A stretch of DNA of 64,000 nucleotides from Chiloscyllium plagiosum (lineage: Eukaryota): NCBI RefSeq assembly GCF_004010195.1, contig NC_057720.1:34387453-34451452 (forward strand). The letters run 5' to 3'. The notes below the pieces were generated by a model, which worked only from the letters and a program-made list of their open reading frames with translations, was not told the DNA's origin and made no database searches. The position numbers and the translations under genes were made by a program. Positions 11,641-22,939 of the stretch are shown piece by piece (position 1 is the first letter of the stretch; every line of letters begins with the position of its first letter).

Positions 11641-14430
11641 CATTATTGGCTGGGTCAGCATTTATTGCTCATTTTTAATTGCTCTAGAGAAGGTGGAGTT
11701 GAGGTACACTCACAATGATATTGGTGAAGCAGTTCCAGAGGTTTAACCCAAAGACATGGAAGGAATGGTGATATAATTCCAAATCAGGATCGTGAATGGC
11801 ATGGATGAGAGCTGCAGGTGATGGTGTTTCCCACATACCTGTTGCCCGTTCTTTCTAAATGACAGAGGTCACAAATTTGGAATGGGCTGTCAAAGCACCT
11901 TTAGCAAGTTACTGCAACAAATCCTGTAGATGATACACACTGCTACCATAGTGTATTGGTGATGAAGGGAGTAAATGTTGAATGTCACGGATGGGATGTC
12001 ACTCAAGCAGGTTACTTTGTTGTGGGTGGTGTTGAGCTTCTGCAGTATTGTTACAGCTGCATTGATCCAGCTAAGTGGGCAGTATTCCATCAGACTCCTG
12101 ATTTGTACCTTCGAGATGGTTGACGAGCATCGGGCAGTCAAGAGGTGAGTCACTTTTTCCAGAATTCATGGCCTATGACCTGCTCCTGTAGCCACTGTAT
12201 TTATATGACTAATCCAATTCAGTTTCTGGTTAATGGTAAGCTCCAGGATATTGATAGTGGAGGGTTAAATAACAGTAATCCAATGCATTTCAAAGAGCGA
12301 CAGTTAGAATTTCAATTGTTGGAGATGGTCATTGCCTAGTACTTATATAGTGCAAATGTTATTTGCCATTTAGAAGCCTAATCCTGGAAATTGTTGGGGT
12401 CTTGCTGCATATGAACACAGACCTCCTGGTGCATGAATGGTGCTGAACATTGTGTAAAATTTAGCGAAAAGCCCCACTTCAGGCTTTATGATGGGAAAGA
12501 AAGGTCATTGATGAAGCAGCTGAAAATGTGTGAACTTGAGGAATTCCTGCCATGATGTCCTAGGGCAGAGACGATTGACCTCCAATAACCATAGACATTT
12601 TCATTTCTGCTCAGTATGATTCCAAACAGCAGAGTGTTTTGTCCTTTATTCTTATTGACTCCAATTTTTTCTAAGGCTCCTTGATGTCACACTTGGTCAA
12701 ATACTGCCTGATGTCAAGGGCAGTCACCTTCACTGCTCTTCCGTAATTCAGCTCTTTTATCCATGTTTGGACCAAGGCAGTAATGAAACCAGGAACCAAG
12801 TGGCTCTAAAAAACTTAAACTAAGTGTTGTTAAGCAGATTATTCCCTTGCATGTAAGTGCTGTTTGATAGCAATGTTAATACCCTTTCATCATTTTACTT
12901 AGGTTCCAGAGTAGACTGATGGTGCAGTAACTGGCTGTTGGATTTGTCTTGCTTTTTGTGGACATGACCTATGCAGACAATTTTCCACATTGTCCAGTAA
13001 AGGTCAGTGTTGCAATTGTAATGGAACAGCTAGGCTCAGGATGTAGATGCACAATTCTTCAATATTATTGCTGAAATGTCAGCGCCAACAACATTTACAG
13101 TATCCACTACTTTCAGCATGTTCTTGACATCACAGAGGTTGAATTGAATTAATTGAAGACAGGGAACCTTCAGGAGGAAGCCAAGATTGCTCATCCACTC
13201 AGCACTTTGCACTAAAGATGGATGCAAAAGCTCGAGCCTTGCCTTTTGCACTAATGTTCTGGGTTCCCCATCTTTATTTTTGTGAAACCTCCACCTGTTG
13301 TATTTTTGTTTAATTCTCCACAACCATTCCTGGTTAGATGTGGCACTATTGCAGATCTTAGATCTGAATTTTTGGTTGTGGGATTGCTTAGCCATCTATT
13401 GTATGCTCCTTAGGCTTTGTAATGCAAGTACTCACTGTGTTGTAGCTTTACCAGGTTGGCAACTCATTTTTATGTGTGTGAGGTATTGCTCCTCACATGC
13501 CCTCTTGCACTCTTCATTGAACCAGTGATGATCTTGGCTTGATTGAAATGGTACAATGAGGCATCTGTCAGGATATGTGGTTACAGATTATGGTTGAATA
13601 CAATTCTGCTCCCACTGATGGTCCACAATGCTCTGATAAAGCCCAGTTCTAAGGTGATAGACCTATTGAAAGTCTATCCCATTTAGCATTGCGATAGAGC
13701 CACACGACACAATGGAGAGTATCTTCAATGGCAAGATGGGATTTTTTTTCCCACAAGGGGACTGTTCAATATTCAGTCCTACCAATACTGACATACACAG
13801 ATGCATCTGCAATAAGTCGATCAGAGAGGATAAGGCCAAGAAAGATTTTCCCTGTTGTTAATTCTCTCACCACTTGCCACTGCTCCAGTTTAGTCGTCAC
13901 ATCCTTTAGGACCTGGCCAGCTCGTAGCTCGTAGTGCTACTCCCAAAACATTATGAGCATTGGATATTGAAGCCACCCATCCAGAACGTATTCTGTTCCC
14001 TTGCCATTCACAATGGTTCTTTCAAATGGTGACGAACACTGAACAGTATGGATTCATCAGTTAAATGGAAAATAGGTGTTAATCAGGAGGAGGTTTCTTT
14101 CCCAATGATTGACCTGATATCATATGATTTCATGTGATACAGAGTGAATAACAAGAATTAGCAGAGTAACACCTTCCCTTCAGCATACTGCTGTACTGCC
14201 ACCTAAGGCACTTCAGTCCTGTTGGTGAGAAAAAACATATTCATGGATGATGACGGTGATGCCTTGGACATTGTAAGGGAAGATCCCATGACTATGACTA
14301 TATCAGGCTGTTGCTTGACTGGTCATCTCCCATTGTTTTGCACAAGCTCCTAGATATTAGTGAGGAAGACTCTGCAGGGTTGATGTGGCTGTCTATGTGT
14401 TCTCATTCTAGTGCCTTTGTCAATGCCACA
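11641..14430 (-). mobile_element. Long, decayed copy of the second CR1/L2-type LINE family
   Basis: Same 3' end as the 9.3 kb and 30.6 kb copies; RT C-terminal peptide KVQIRSLMEYCPLSWINAA; upstream ORF2-like pieces (13036-13395). Confidence 0.75.
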
Positions 14431-16554
14431 TGGTCTGTTGTTCCTTTGCTTTCTATTATAGACGTTAATATGCAATTTTGCAAAAAAAGTATGACCATAC
14501 TTAGCTACTTCTTGCCTCCAAATCTGTTGATTTTAACACAGATTGTACACCAGTTATCTGGTGCCAATTGGTCCTCTTCCATAATTGGAATGGAAGGAAC
14601 TAGGCCGGGGGGGAGGGGCTAATTGGAGAGTTCTTCAAACATTTTGGCACAAGCACAACAGATCACATGGTCTCCCTCTGTTCTATCAGATTCTATCATT
14701 GTTTGTGAATAACCTTCATTACATTTGGTAACAGAGAAGCCAAAAGCACCCCCCAACACATTGTATACTGTTGCTTTACTTCCTCGCTCTGAAACATTCA
14801 ATACAAGTGCCAACCAGTCCATTCGCACTAATAACTGATTTTGCAACTTGACCCTTTTCAAATTGAGCTATCGGACAATTTGAAACTTTGGCACTGAAGT
14901 CAGGTGGCCCTGCAGGATATTCTATTCACGATCAAAATTAAGTGCAAAATCATGTCAGGTCTGTTAACCTTCATGTTCAGACTCCCAACCTGCGTTCTTT
15001 GCATGTAAAGTTCAGTGCCAGGTGGAGGAACTTACTGAAATCATTCCATATATATCTGCCTGATCCCCTTTTGTTGTGTCTCATTTCATGTCCAATGCCA
15101 TGCAATGCTGGTTATTTATTGCCATTTATTCTAATAAGGTACAATCATCAAATAAGTCATTTATTTTTAATTACAGTGTTCCCTCCATACCAACATCTTC
15201 ATATTTGCATATTTTAAATTTTTCCCATACTTCCTTTCAAATTATACTTTTGCTTTATTGCTTCCAATGTCTACTGGAGCTTAATGTCTTCATAATTGTT
15301 AACACAGACCTTTACCACTCATATAGAATTCAGACTACCGAATACAATTTTTTTCCTATTCAGCGAATTCTGATTAGTATTGATCTATTCATCTGCAGGA
15401 GCTGGATCTAATTTCCTTCTCAGTCACAAGAAAGGATTTAATTAATGCTTCAAACACAGAAGGCTATGTTGTGCTGTGTATGCAAAATTAAAGTTCTTTA
15501 CAGATTATCGCCGTAAATCAGTGACTGTCCATTTAAATAGGTTTTCTTGAACGATATTCTTAATAAAACTATACCAGAAGATGTAATAACTATTTACATT
15601 TTTTAACTGCACAGAAGGAAGAGTATTCCCTTTAATATTCTCAGTGATAACACTCATGTTAAGTGCATAAACTGCCAAGGAACATGAAGTTTAAACTGAT
15701 AAGTTATAAAACAAATACAAATTTTGATTTTATACATAATTATAGTAACAGAAATTTCAAGATGGAAGTTTCAATCTTCAAGAGTGAGGGAAAGAATCAA
15801 TGATAAATGTAACGGTTGGTAAGAAATAGAAAAATGGCCAAAAAAATTAACGAACAGATTTAGAATGTGATATGGAGCATACTATTCCTGAATTTCCAGG
15901 GTTTTATATTACATTAGGTAAGTTCTTGGGTTATCAGTATTATTCGTCATAACAAAATACAAGCCCATTACATCCACCAATTCATCCCTGATGTCTGGTG
16001 TTCCCCAGACAGCAAGCTATCTTGGATCTGATAATAGGCAGATTAAATAAATAACCTCAAAGTAAAAGATCCCCAAGGAAGTAGTGATCACAACATGACA
16101 AATTTAATGCTCAGTTTGAGAATGAGAACTTGGTTCAGAAACAACAGTGTTTAGCTTAAGTAAAGGGAATTACAATGAAATAAAGATAGAGTTAACTAAA
16201 GTGAACAGGGCTGATAGATTAGCAGTAATGACAGGAAGCAAGTAATGGTGGACATTTAAGAGGTAATTCATGACTCTCAGCAAAGAGTTTGAAGTAAAGA
16301 TTCTAAGAGAGGGATAAACCAACCATGGCTGACCAAGGAAGTTAAAGAAAGTAATAAGTTGAAAGAAAAAGCAAATAATGAGGCCAAAGTCAGTGATTGA
16401 TTCAAAGTCTAATAAGTTCAATATTTAGTTATCCTTTGCTTGATAAACAGTGAGGGCAAACTAACAAGGAATAAAAAAAACTGATAATAAGAGAAGTCAA
16501 TGTGAATATAGTCTGTTTGGAAAATGAATCTAGACAGATGGTTTTAGGGAACAA

Positions 16555-18304
16555 GTAGAGAATATGGCCCCTTAAAGATCAGTGAAGTTATCTATGTTTT
16601 GAACCTCAGGAGATAGGAAAGAAACTAAATGAATATTTCACATCGGTTTTTATTGTGGAGAAAGAAATGGAAGCTGAGAACTCAGGGAAATAAACACTGA
16701 TGTTTTGAAAACAGTTCACATTGTAGAAGAGAAAGTTATCTTGGATATCTTAAACAATATGAAGGTGAATAAATCTCTGGGATCTGATCAAGTGTATCCC
16801 AGGACATGAGAGGAACTTAAGGAAGAAATGGTGGGACCACCAGCAGAGATACTTATATCATCTATAACCATGGGTGAGGTGCTGGAAGTCTGGAGGCTAG
16901 CTGATATTCTGCCTTTATTTAAGAAAGGCTCTAAGGTGAAACGTGGGAACTAAAGACCTGTGAGTCTGACATCAGTAGTAAGTAGGTTGCTGGAGGTGAT
17001 TTTAAAGATAGGATTTACGTGCATTTGGAGAGACAAGGACTGGTGAGAGATAGTCAGCAAAGGTTGTTGAGGGCAGAGTGGTAGGCATGGTTTACTTGAA
17101 TTTCAGTAATGTCTTTGACAAAGTTTCACATGGTAGACTAATCAGTAAAGTTAAATCACATGGGATTCAGGATGAGCTTGCTAATTGATACAAAATAGCC
17201 TTTACAATGGGAGATAGAGGATGGTGGTGGAAGATTGTTTTTTCGATTGGAGGCCTGTGACCTGTGATGTTCCACAATGGAACATCACAGGGTCCTCTTC
17301 TATTTGCCATTCTTATAAACAATTTGGATGAGAATTTAGGAAACATGGTTAGTAAGTTTGCGGATGACACCAAAACTGGTGGTATAATGGACAGTGAAAG
17401 AGGTTATCCCAGATTACAATGTAATCTTGATCGATTAGATCAATGGGCTGAGGAGTGGCAGATGGAGTTTAACTTGGATAAATGAAAGGTATTGCATTTT
17501 AGTAAAACAAACAAGGGCAGGACTTATCCAATTAATGGTAGGGCCCTGGGTAATGTTATAGAACAGAGAGACATAGGGATTCAAGTATATAGTTCTTTGA
17601 AATTGTGATACAAGTAGACAGAGTGGTTAAAAAGGTGTTTAGCATGCTTGCATCCATTGTTCATACTTTTGAGTATAGGAATTGGAATATCAGTTGAGGT
17701 TGTACAGGACGTTGGTGAGTCCTCTACCGCAGTGCTGTATATAGTTCTGGTTGACTTCTACAGGAAGGATATCATTAAGCATGAGAGGTTTCAAAATAAA
17801 TTTACCAAGATGTTGTTGCTGGAGGTGGAAGGTTTGAACTCTAAAGGTAGGTTGGGACTTTTTTTTCACTGGAGCATTGGAGGTTGAGGGGTGACCTTAT
17901 AGGGGTTTATAAAATCATGAGGTGCACTGGTAAGGTGATTAGCAAGAGTCTTTTTCCCTCGGATGGGGAGTTCAAAACTAGGGGGCATATTTTAAAAATG
18001 AGAGGAAAAAGATTTAAAAAGGACATGAGGGGCAAATTCTTTAGTGTGTGGAATGAACTGCCAGAGGAAGTGGTGGGTGCAGGTACAGTTACAATGTTTA
18101 GAAGACATTTTGAAGAGTACATGAATAGAAATGGTTTGGAGGGATATGGGCCAAACAGAGATAGGTGGGACTAGTTCAGTTTGGGAAAATGGTCAGCATG
18201 GACTAGTTAGATCAAAGTGTCTGTTTCTGTGCTGTATGACTCTATGACTCTATCACTAGTTGGACTGAAGGGTCTGTTTCCATGTTGTAAAATTATGACT
18301 ATAT
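16555..18304 (+). mobile_element. Nested CR1 (HER1-like) 3' part with doubled 3' end
   Basis: GPLLFAILINNLD...SKFADDTK and MRGDLIGVYKIM motifs; GACTCTAT tail at ~18238-18253, then a second short 3' end to 18304. Confidence 0.88.
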
Positions 18305-18693
18305 GAAATGGCAGAGGAGTTAAATAGATTATTTTGCATCAATCTTCATGGTAGAATATTCTTAGAACATTCCATGTATACTAAAGAATACAGGGGGAGG
18401 AATCACTGTCACTAAACAAGTAGTTTTGGGTAAAATATGAGTGCTCATGGCAAAGAGGTCCTTCGCTCTAATGGCTTGCATTCTAGAATCCTAAAAGAGG
18501 TCGCGACTGAGATAGTGGGTGGATTGATTGTAATTTTCCAAGAATTGTTGAATTCTGGAAAACTACCAGAGGATTGGAAAATGGCTATCACCCCTGTTCA
18601 AAAAGAGAGGAACCCAAAAAGCAGGTAACTATAGGCCAATTATCCTATTATCTAGTCCTGGAAAGTGTTTTGAAATCAATTCTTAAGGAAGTA

Positions 18694-19349
18694 CAGCAAA
18701 CTTTGTTTTCACCGGCACCTTATGAAGTGACACTCTCAATAAATCATCAAAAATTACAAACCCCAAATACTGTGTAGTTTGCTACAGAGGAACCTCAATT
18801 ATCCAGCATTTGATCATCTGAATATTGGATTATCTGGCAAGATCTCAAGGTCTCAATGCTTGGCATCTGGCATTCGATTATCCAGAATTCGATTAACCAA
18901 ACAAAATACTCCCCGCCCGTGCCCTTCAGATAATCGAGATTCTTCTGTATATTCATCTGTCCAACTGTTAGAATTTGTAACTTAACTTACCACAATGTAA
19001 ATACACTTGTTTAATTGAATGGCCACATGAACACCCACAGTTGATTCAATTTTGAGTCAATGCCTTCTCAAATACCACGATCTACTGGAATGTTTGAGTA
19101 GTCAGTTGAGGGTGTGAGTGAGAAGGCTCTCTGCTAGTAAACTTCTTTTAGGGCAAAATTGTGTTGTTTTTTTAAGTGATTTATGCTGTAAATAAAGTAT
19201 AACAATGATGTGTATACCCTCTGCATTATGTTTCTATTACTTGGTGTGTGCTTTTTAGATTGATTATGTGGACGTCTTGATTGTCTAGAATATTTGATTA
19301 ACCATCACACTCCTGATTCCGTAGGTGCTGGTTAATGAAACATTTGTTG
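18694..19349. mobile_element. Non-autonomous Tc1/mariner (Tigger-like) DNA element
   Basis: TA duplication (18692-93, 19350-51); degenerate ~27-bp TIRs CAGCAAACTTTGTTTTCACCGGCACCT / CAACAAATGTTTCATTAACCAGCACCT; host LINE rejoins when removed. Confidence 0.8.
18785..18947. mobile_element. Tigger-like MITE nested in the larger DNA element
   Basis: TA TSD; TIRs CAGAGGAACCTCAATTATC / CAGAAGAATCTCGATTATC; internal repeats of CGATTATCC-like motif. Confidence 0.85.
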
Positions 19350-19711
19350 TAATACCAGAGTAATGACCCAGAGGGGAACCAGTAGATGTATTGCATTTAA
19401 ACTTTCAGAAGGCGTTTGACAAGGTATCTCACAAAAGATAAGAACCTAAGGTGCCAGATGTGGTATATTGGCATGAATGGAGAATTAGCTAATGGGCAAG
19501 AAACAGACCCTGGGGGATAAGGGGTCCTTTTAAGGTTTGTGCCCCATGACCAGTCAGATTAGTGCTGGGAGTGCAATTCTTTACAGTATATATTAATAAC
19601 TTGGAAGAAGGAAGTGAATATAATGAAGCCAAATTTGCAGACAACGCAAAATAGATGGAAAGGCAGATCGTGGGAGGATATTTACAATTCACAATATTCA
19701 TTGGTTAAGTA

Positions 19712-19930
19712 GGAGAAAGTGAGGTCTACAGATGCTGGAGATCAGAGCTGAAAATGTGTTGCTGGAAAAGCACAGCAGTCAGACAGCATCCAGGGAACAG
19801 GAGAATCGACGTTTCGGGCATAAGCCCTTCTTCAGGAATCCTGAAGAAGGGCTTATGCCCGAAACGTCGATTCTCCTGTTCCCTGGATGCTGCCTGACCT
19901 GCTTCGCTTTTCCAGCAACACATTTTCAGC
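19712..19930. mobile_element. Palindromic Penelope-derived short insertion (two inverted terminal pieces)
   Basis: Near-perfect inverted repeat centred on 19838; 14-bp TSD TCATTGGTTAAGTA at 19698-19711 and 19931-19944; closely similar to the PLE terminus at 29.84-29.97 kb. Confidence 0.9.
19836..19873 (+). ncRNA. Minimal hammerhead ribozyme motif (PLE type); mirror copy on minus strand 19803-19840
   Basis: GAAUC-CUGAAGA-A-GGGC-UUAU-GCCC-GAAA-C-GUC/GAUUC: core CUGANGA and GAAA, 4-bp stem II, 5-bp stem I, palindromic ACGU stem III. Confidence 0.8.
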
Positions 19931-20416
19931 TCATTGGTTAAGTAAGTGGGTAAAATGTTGGCAAATGGAGTATAATGTGGGAAAATGTGAAGCTGTTCAT
20001 TTCAGAAGGGAGAACAAAAGAACAGCATTTTTTTAAATGGAGAAAAACTACAGAAAGCTGCAACATTAAGAAGCTTGGAGTGCTTGTACACAAAACACAA
20101 AAAGCTAGCACACAGGAGCAGCAGGTAATCAGGAAAACCTATTGACCTTTATTTCAAAGTGGGTGGAGTATAAGAGTAGGGAAGTCTTATTGGAACTGCA
20201 CAAGGTGACCATATATGGAGTACTGTGAGCAGTTTTGGTCCCCTTATTTTAGAAACCACTTCACTGGAGGCAGCTCAGAGAAGGATAATCACAAGGATGA
20301 TCCCTGGTGTGGAGGGATTGTTTTAGGAGCAAAGCCTAAATAGGGTAGGACTCAATTCACTGGAGTTTAGAAGAATGAGAAGTAATCTCACTAAAACAAA
20401 GAGTGATTCTTAAGGG

Positions 20417-20675
20417 TGAAAAGGGAGATGGCATGGGGCAGGGTGACACTAGGCACATGGACACGCAAGATGGCCACTGAGCCATCAGTTGACCACCTTG
20501 ACATACAAGATGTCCACTGGATCACAATATGGAGAGTGTCTGAATCTGTTCTGTTTCTCTTCATATTGTGATCCAGCGACGTTCTTGTGTGTCACGTTGG
20601 CCAACTGATGGCTTAGCGGCCATCTTGTGTGTCTGAGGGCCTAGTGTCACCCTGCCCGAGCCAACTCCCTCTTCA
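20417..20675 (-). mobile_element. LTR-like unit (TG...CA), itself an imperfect palindrome, preceded by a PPT-like purine tract
   Basis: On minus: AAAGACAGGAG then TGAAGAGGGAG...CTCCCTTTTCA abutting LINE sequence; arms 20417-20531 and 20562-20675; ~55 nt after the env stop. Confidence 0.65.
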
Positions 20676-20731
20676 CTCCTGTCTTTGTGGTCAAGGAGGC
20701 AATTTCGGAGATGTCCCGCCAACCATCCAAT

Positions 20732-21645
20732 TTAAATGTAGAGGTAGGTCATCTCTAAGATCTCCTCCTCCCCAGGGGTATCATGGAGTGCCAATTTCAT
20801 TGGGAGCTCTTCTGTGGTGACACTTGCTGTTGGTACAGTTCTTGTCAGTAGTGTCTTACAGCAGAGCTTTAAACACTGGAGGCCCACACAGAATACCAGC
20901 ATGAGTGCAATGAGGAAAATTACCTATGTGCTAAATAGGGTCCCCAAGATTTACCTAGCAACCAATTTAGCCAGCTGTCTGTAATTGTGGTTCCCTGTCG
21001 AAAACTGTCTAGCTGGTCTTGGATTTTCTTGATGGCTTCTGTAATATTATAAGAGGCATCAACAGCCTGGGTAATATAACTGTCACTAATAATTGTACAA
21101 ATTCCCCCTTGCTGTGCTAATTGATAATCCACTGTGTAATGTATCTGCTGTGCGTAGAGTCTGAGTTCAGCCAGCTCTGTGCTAGTTGCTTCCAGAGCTT
21201 TCAAGGTACTGTTGCCCAGGATAGTCAGGCCACATACAAGGTAATTTCGGTTTTTTGCGCTGACGACTCCTGCTTCCCCCCCCACCAAAGATAGAGGTCC
21301 CAAAATTCCATATCCCAGCAATGACCCCAAAGTGGTCTGGACCTGCCAGTCATCACAGAACTTCTGACTGATGGAGTGGGTCACTCTCCTTCTCCGAATG
21401 TGTCCCTCATTGGGGCATGGTACAGTAAAGGACGCAATTATCCCTACTGCGAGCAGGTTTGGGTGGTCTGGGGTACCTGTCACATGAGTCCCCTTAAATA
21501 GGAAAATAAATTCCGTCGCCGCTCGGTAACAGACATTGTCTTGTCCTTCTGTTTGCCTGTCCACCCATGTCACCCCCAATCCCCCCCAGCTGGTAAGTAT
21601 TGAATGGGTATGTCCATGTGGCAGCGCTGACATGAGTGCCATTGC
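20732..21645 (-). pseudogene. env: Endogenous retroviral envelope (env) fragment: SU C-terminus plus complete TM subunit
   Basis: Furin site RRRR (~21385-21396); Gly-rich hydrophobic fusion-peptide-like LGSLLGYGILGPLSLVGG; heptad region; ISD-like LRLYAQQIHYTVDYQLAQQGGIC; Trp-rich SWLNWLLGKSWG; after one frameshift near 20922, TM helix VIFLIALMLVFCVGL, CLKLCCK and a tail ending EMTYLYI* at 20732. Confidence 0.9.
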
Positions 21646-22705
21646 ACTGACAGGAAAATGCTGAGAGACGTTCCCCCTCATGGGACAGTCTAGGACCAGA
21701 GGGCATATTCTCAGAATAAAGTAGCACCAATTTAAGACTGAGGTGAGGAGGAACTTCTTCTCTCAGAAGGTTGTGAGTTTTTGGTCCTCTTTTCTTCAGA
21801 TAGCTGGGAGGGCAGAGTCATCATGTGTATTTAAGGCAAAAAGCAGATTCTTGATCAGTAGGGGAATCAAGGGTTACAGGGAAAGTGGACACAAGTAATG
21901 TTGGATCAGCCATGATCCTCTTGAATGATGAAGCAGGCTCGAAGCACTGAATAGCTTTCTCCTATTCCTATTTCTTATGGTCTTATGAAATCAGCCCTCT
22001 TATTTTAACAATGCAATGTGTCAAGCATGAAAAATGTAGGGCAACTTGTAGTGCTGGTAGATTTGTTTAGACAGCTAGTCCTAGGCAGGCTCATCTCCTT
22101 CTATAGACATGGCTACATGGGTAAAGCACATTTGAATGTTAAAATCAGTTTTGCATCCTATCCCCTTTTATTCCCTTCTCCTCCAAAAAAGCATAAAGGA
22201 AATCACTGACATTCTAAAATGCAGATCTGTAACTGTGACAATTATTTATTTGCTGAAAGAACTCTGAAACTAAAACCACTTGTTCTGTTACTGTCTCATT
22301 TTGCTTTGAATGGACCTTAGGTGGCATGATATATGTGAATTATATAGTAATCTATAGGGTTTGGGACTTTTGACAAGTTCTTGAGTTGGCCTCAAGATAT
22401 GAAAATATAAGAAAATTACTAAGACAGAATGAGCTTACAATTACAACAAATAATTTTATAATTTGTTATAGTATTTGCTACACTTCAAAAATGATTCATT
22501 GGCTGTGAAATGTTTGAAGCGGCTGTGGAAGACACAATATTAACAAAAGTTCTTTCTGCGATACAGAATTAATTAGTGCCATCAATGGAGAAACATCTCA
22601 CGCAAAATGTTTATCTACCTTTCCAATTTCTGAATTACAGAAAATAATGCAATTTTAACTCAGCTGTAGCTGTGCTATGTGCTACTTTCTGCTGCAGTTG
22701 CTAAC

Positions 22706-22939
22706 CTCCTCCCTTCCAGGTTTCAATGCCCTGCATTTGACTACGTTTGTCAGAGTCCTGAAGCCTCCTAATGTATCAATGTATGAAAGATGGCAAACCG
22801 CCCTAGTATCAGATTTTACACTGCGGATTCCATTCCCTAAAATGACAACATCTAAGAATAGTTTGCCCTGATCATGCACATTTTTCTGGAAGACACCATA
22901 AAAAATCTCCACGTTCTGTTGGTAATCCTGATTTCTCCT
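22706..22939 (-). other. Candidate 234-bp phase 0-0 exon of unknown product
   Basis: TTTCTTTCTCATTGTGTATAG acceptor, GAG|GTTAGC donor, open 78 codons RRNQDYQQNVEIFYGVF...KPGREE, no recognisable repeat; no homolog recognised. Confidence 0.25.

Larger units (their letters stand above)
16000..21990 (+). mobile_element. Old CR1 LINE interrupted by five nested insertions
   Basis: ORF2-like sequence resumes across each insertion (GGGAACAA|GAAATGGCAGAGG; AAGGAAGTA|ATACCAGAG; TAAGGG|ACTGACAGG); TTCTTATG-type tail ~21970-21987. Confidence 0.85.

Noticed and set aside
14500..15120. Protein-like minus frame (GDHVICCACAKMF...)
   Set aside because: Interrupted by stops, no family recognised, no supporting splice sites or TIRs
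21646..21681. ATG start of the 253-aa env ORF
   Set aside because: MRGNVSQHFPVS derives from the antisense of the flanking CR1, not a true env start or signal peptide
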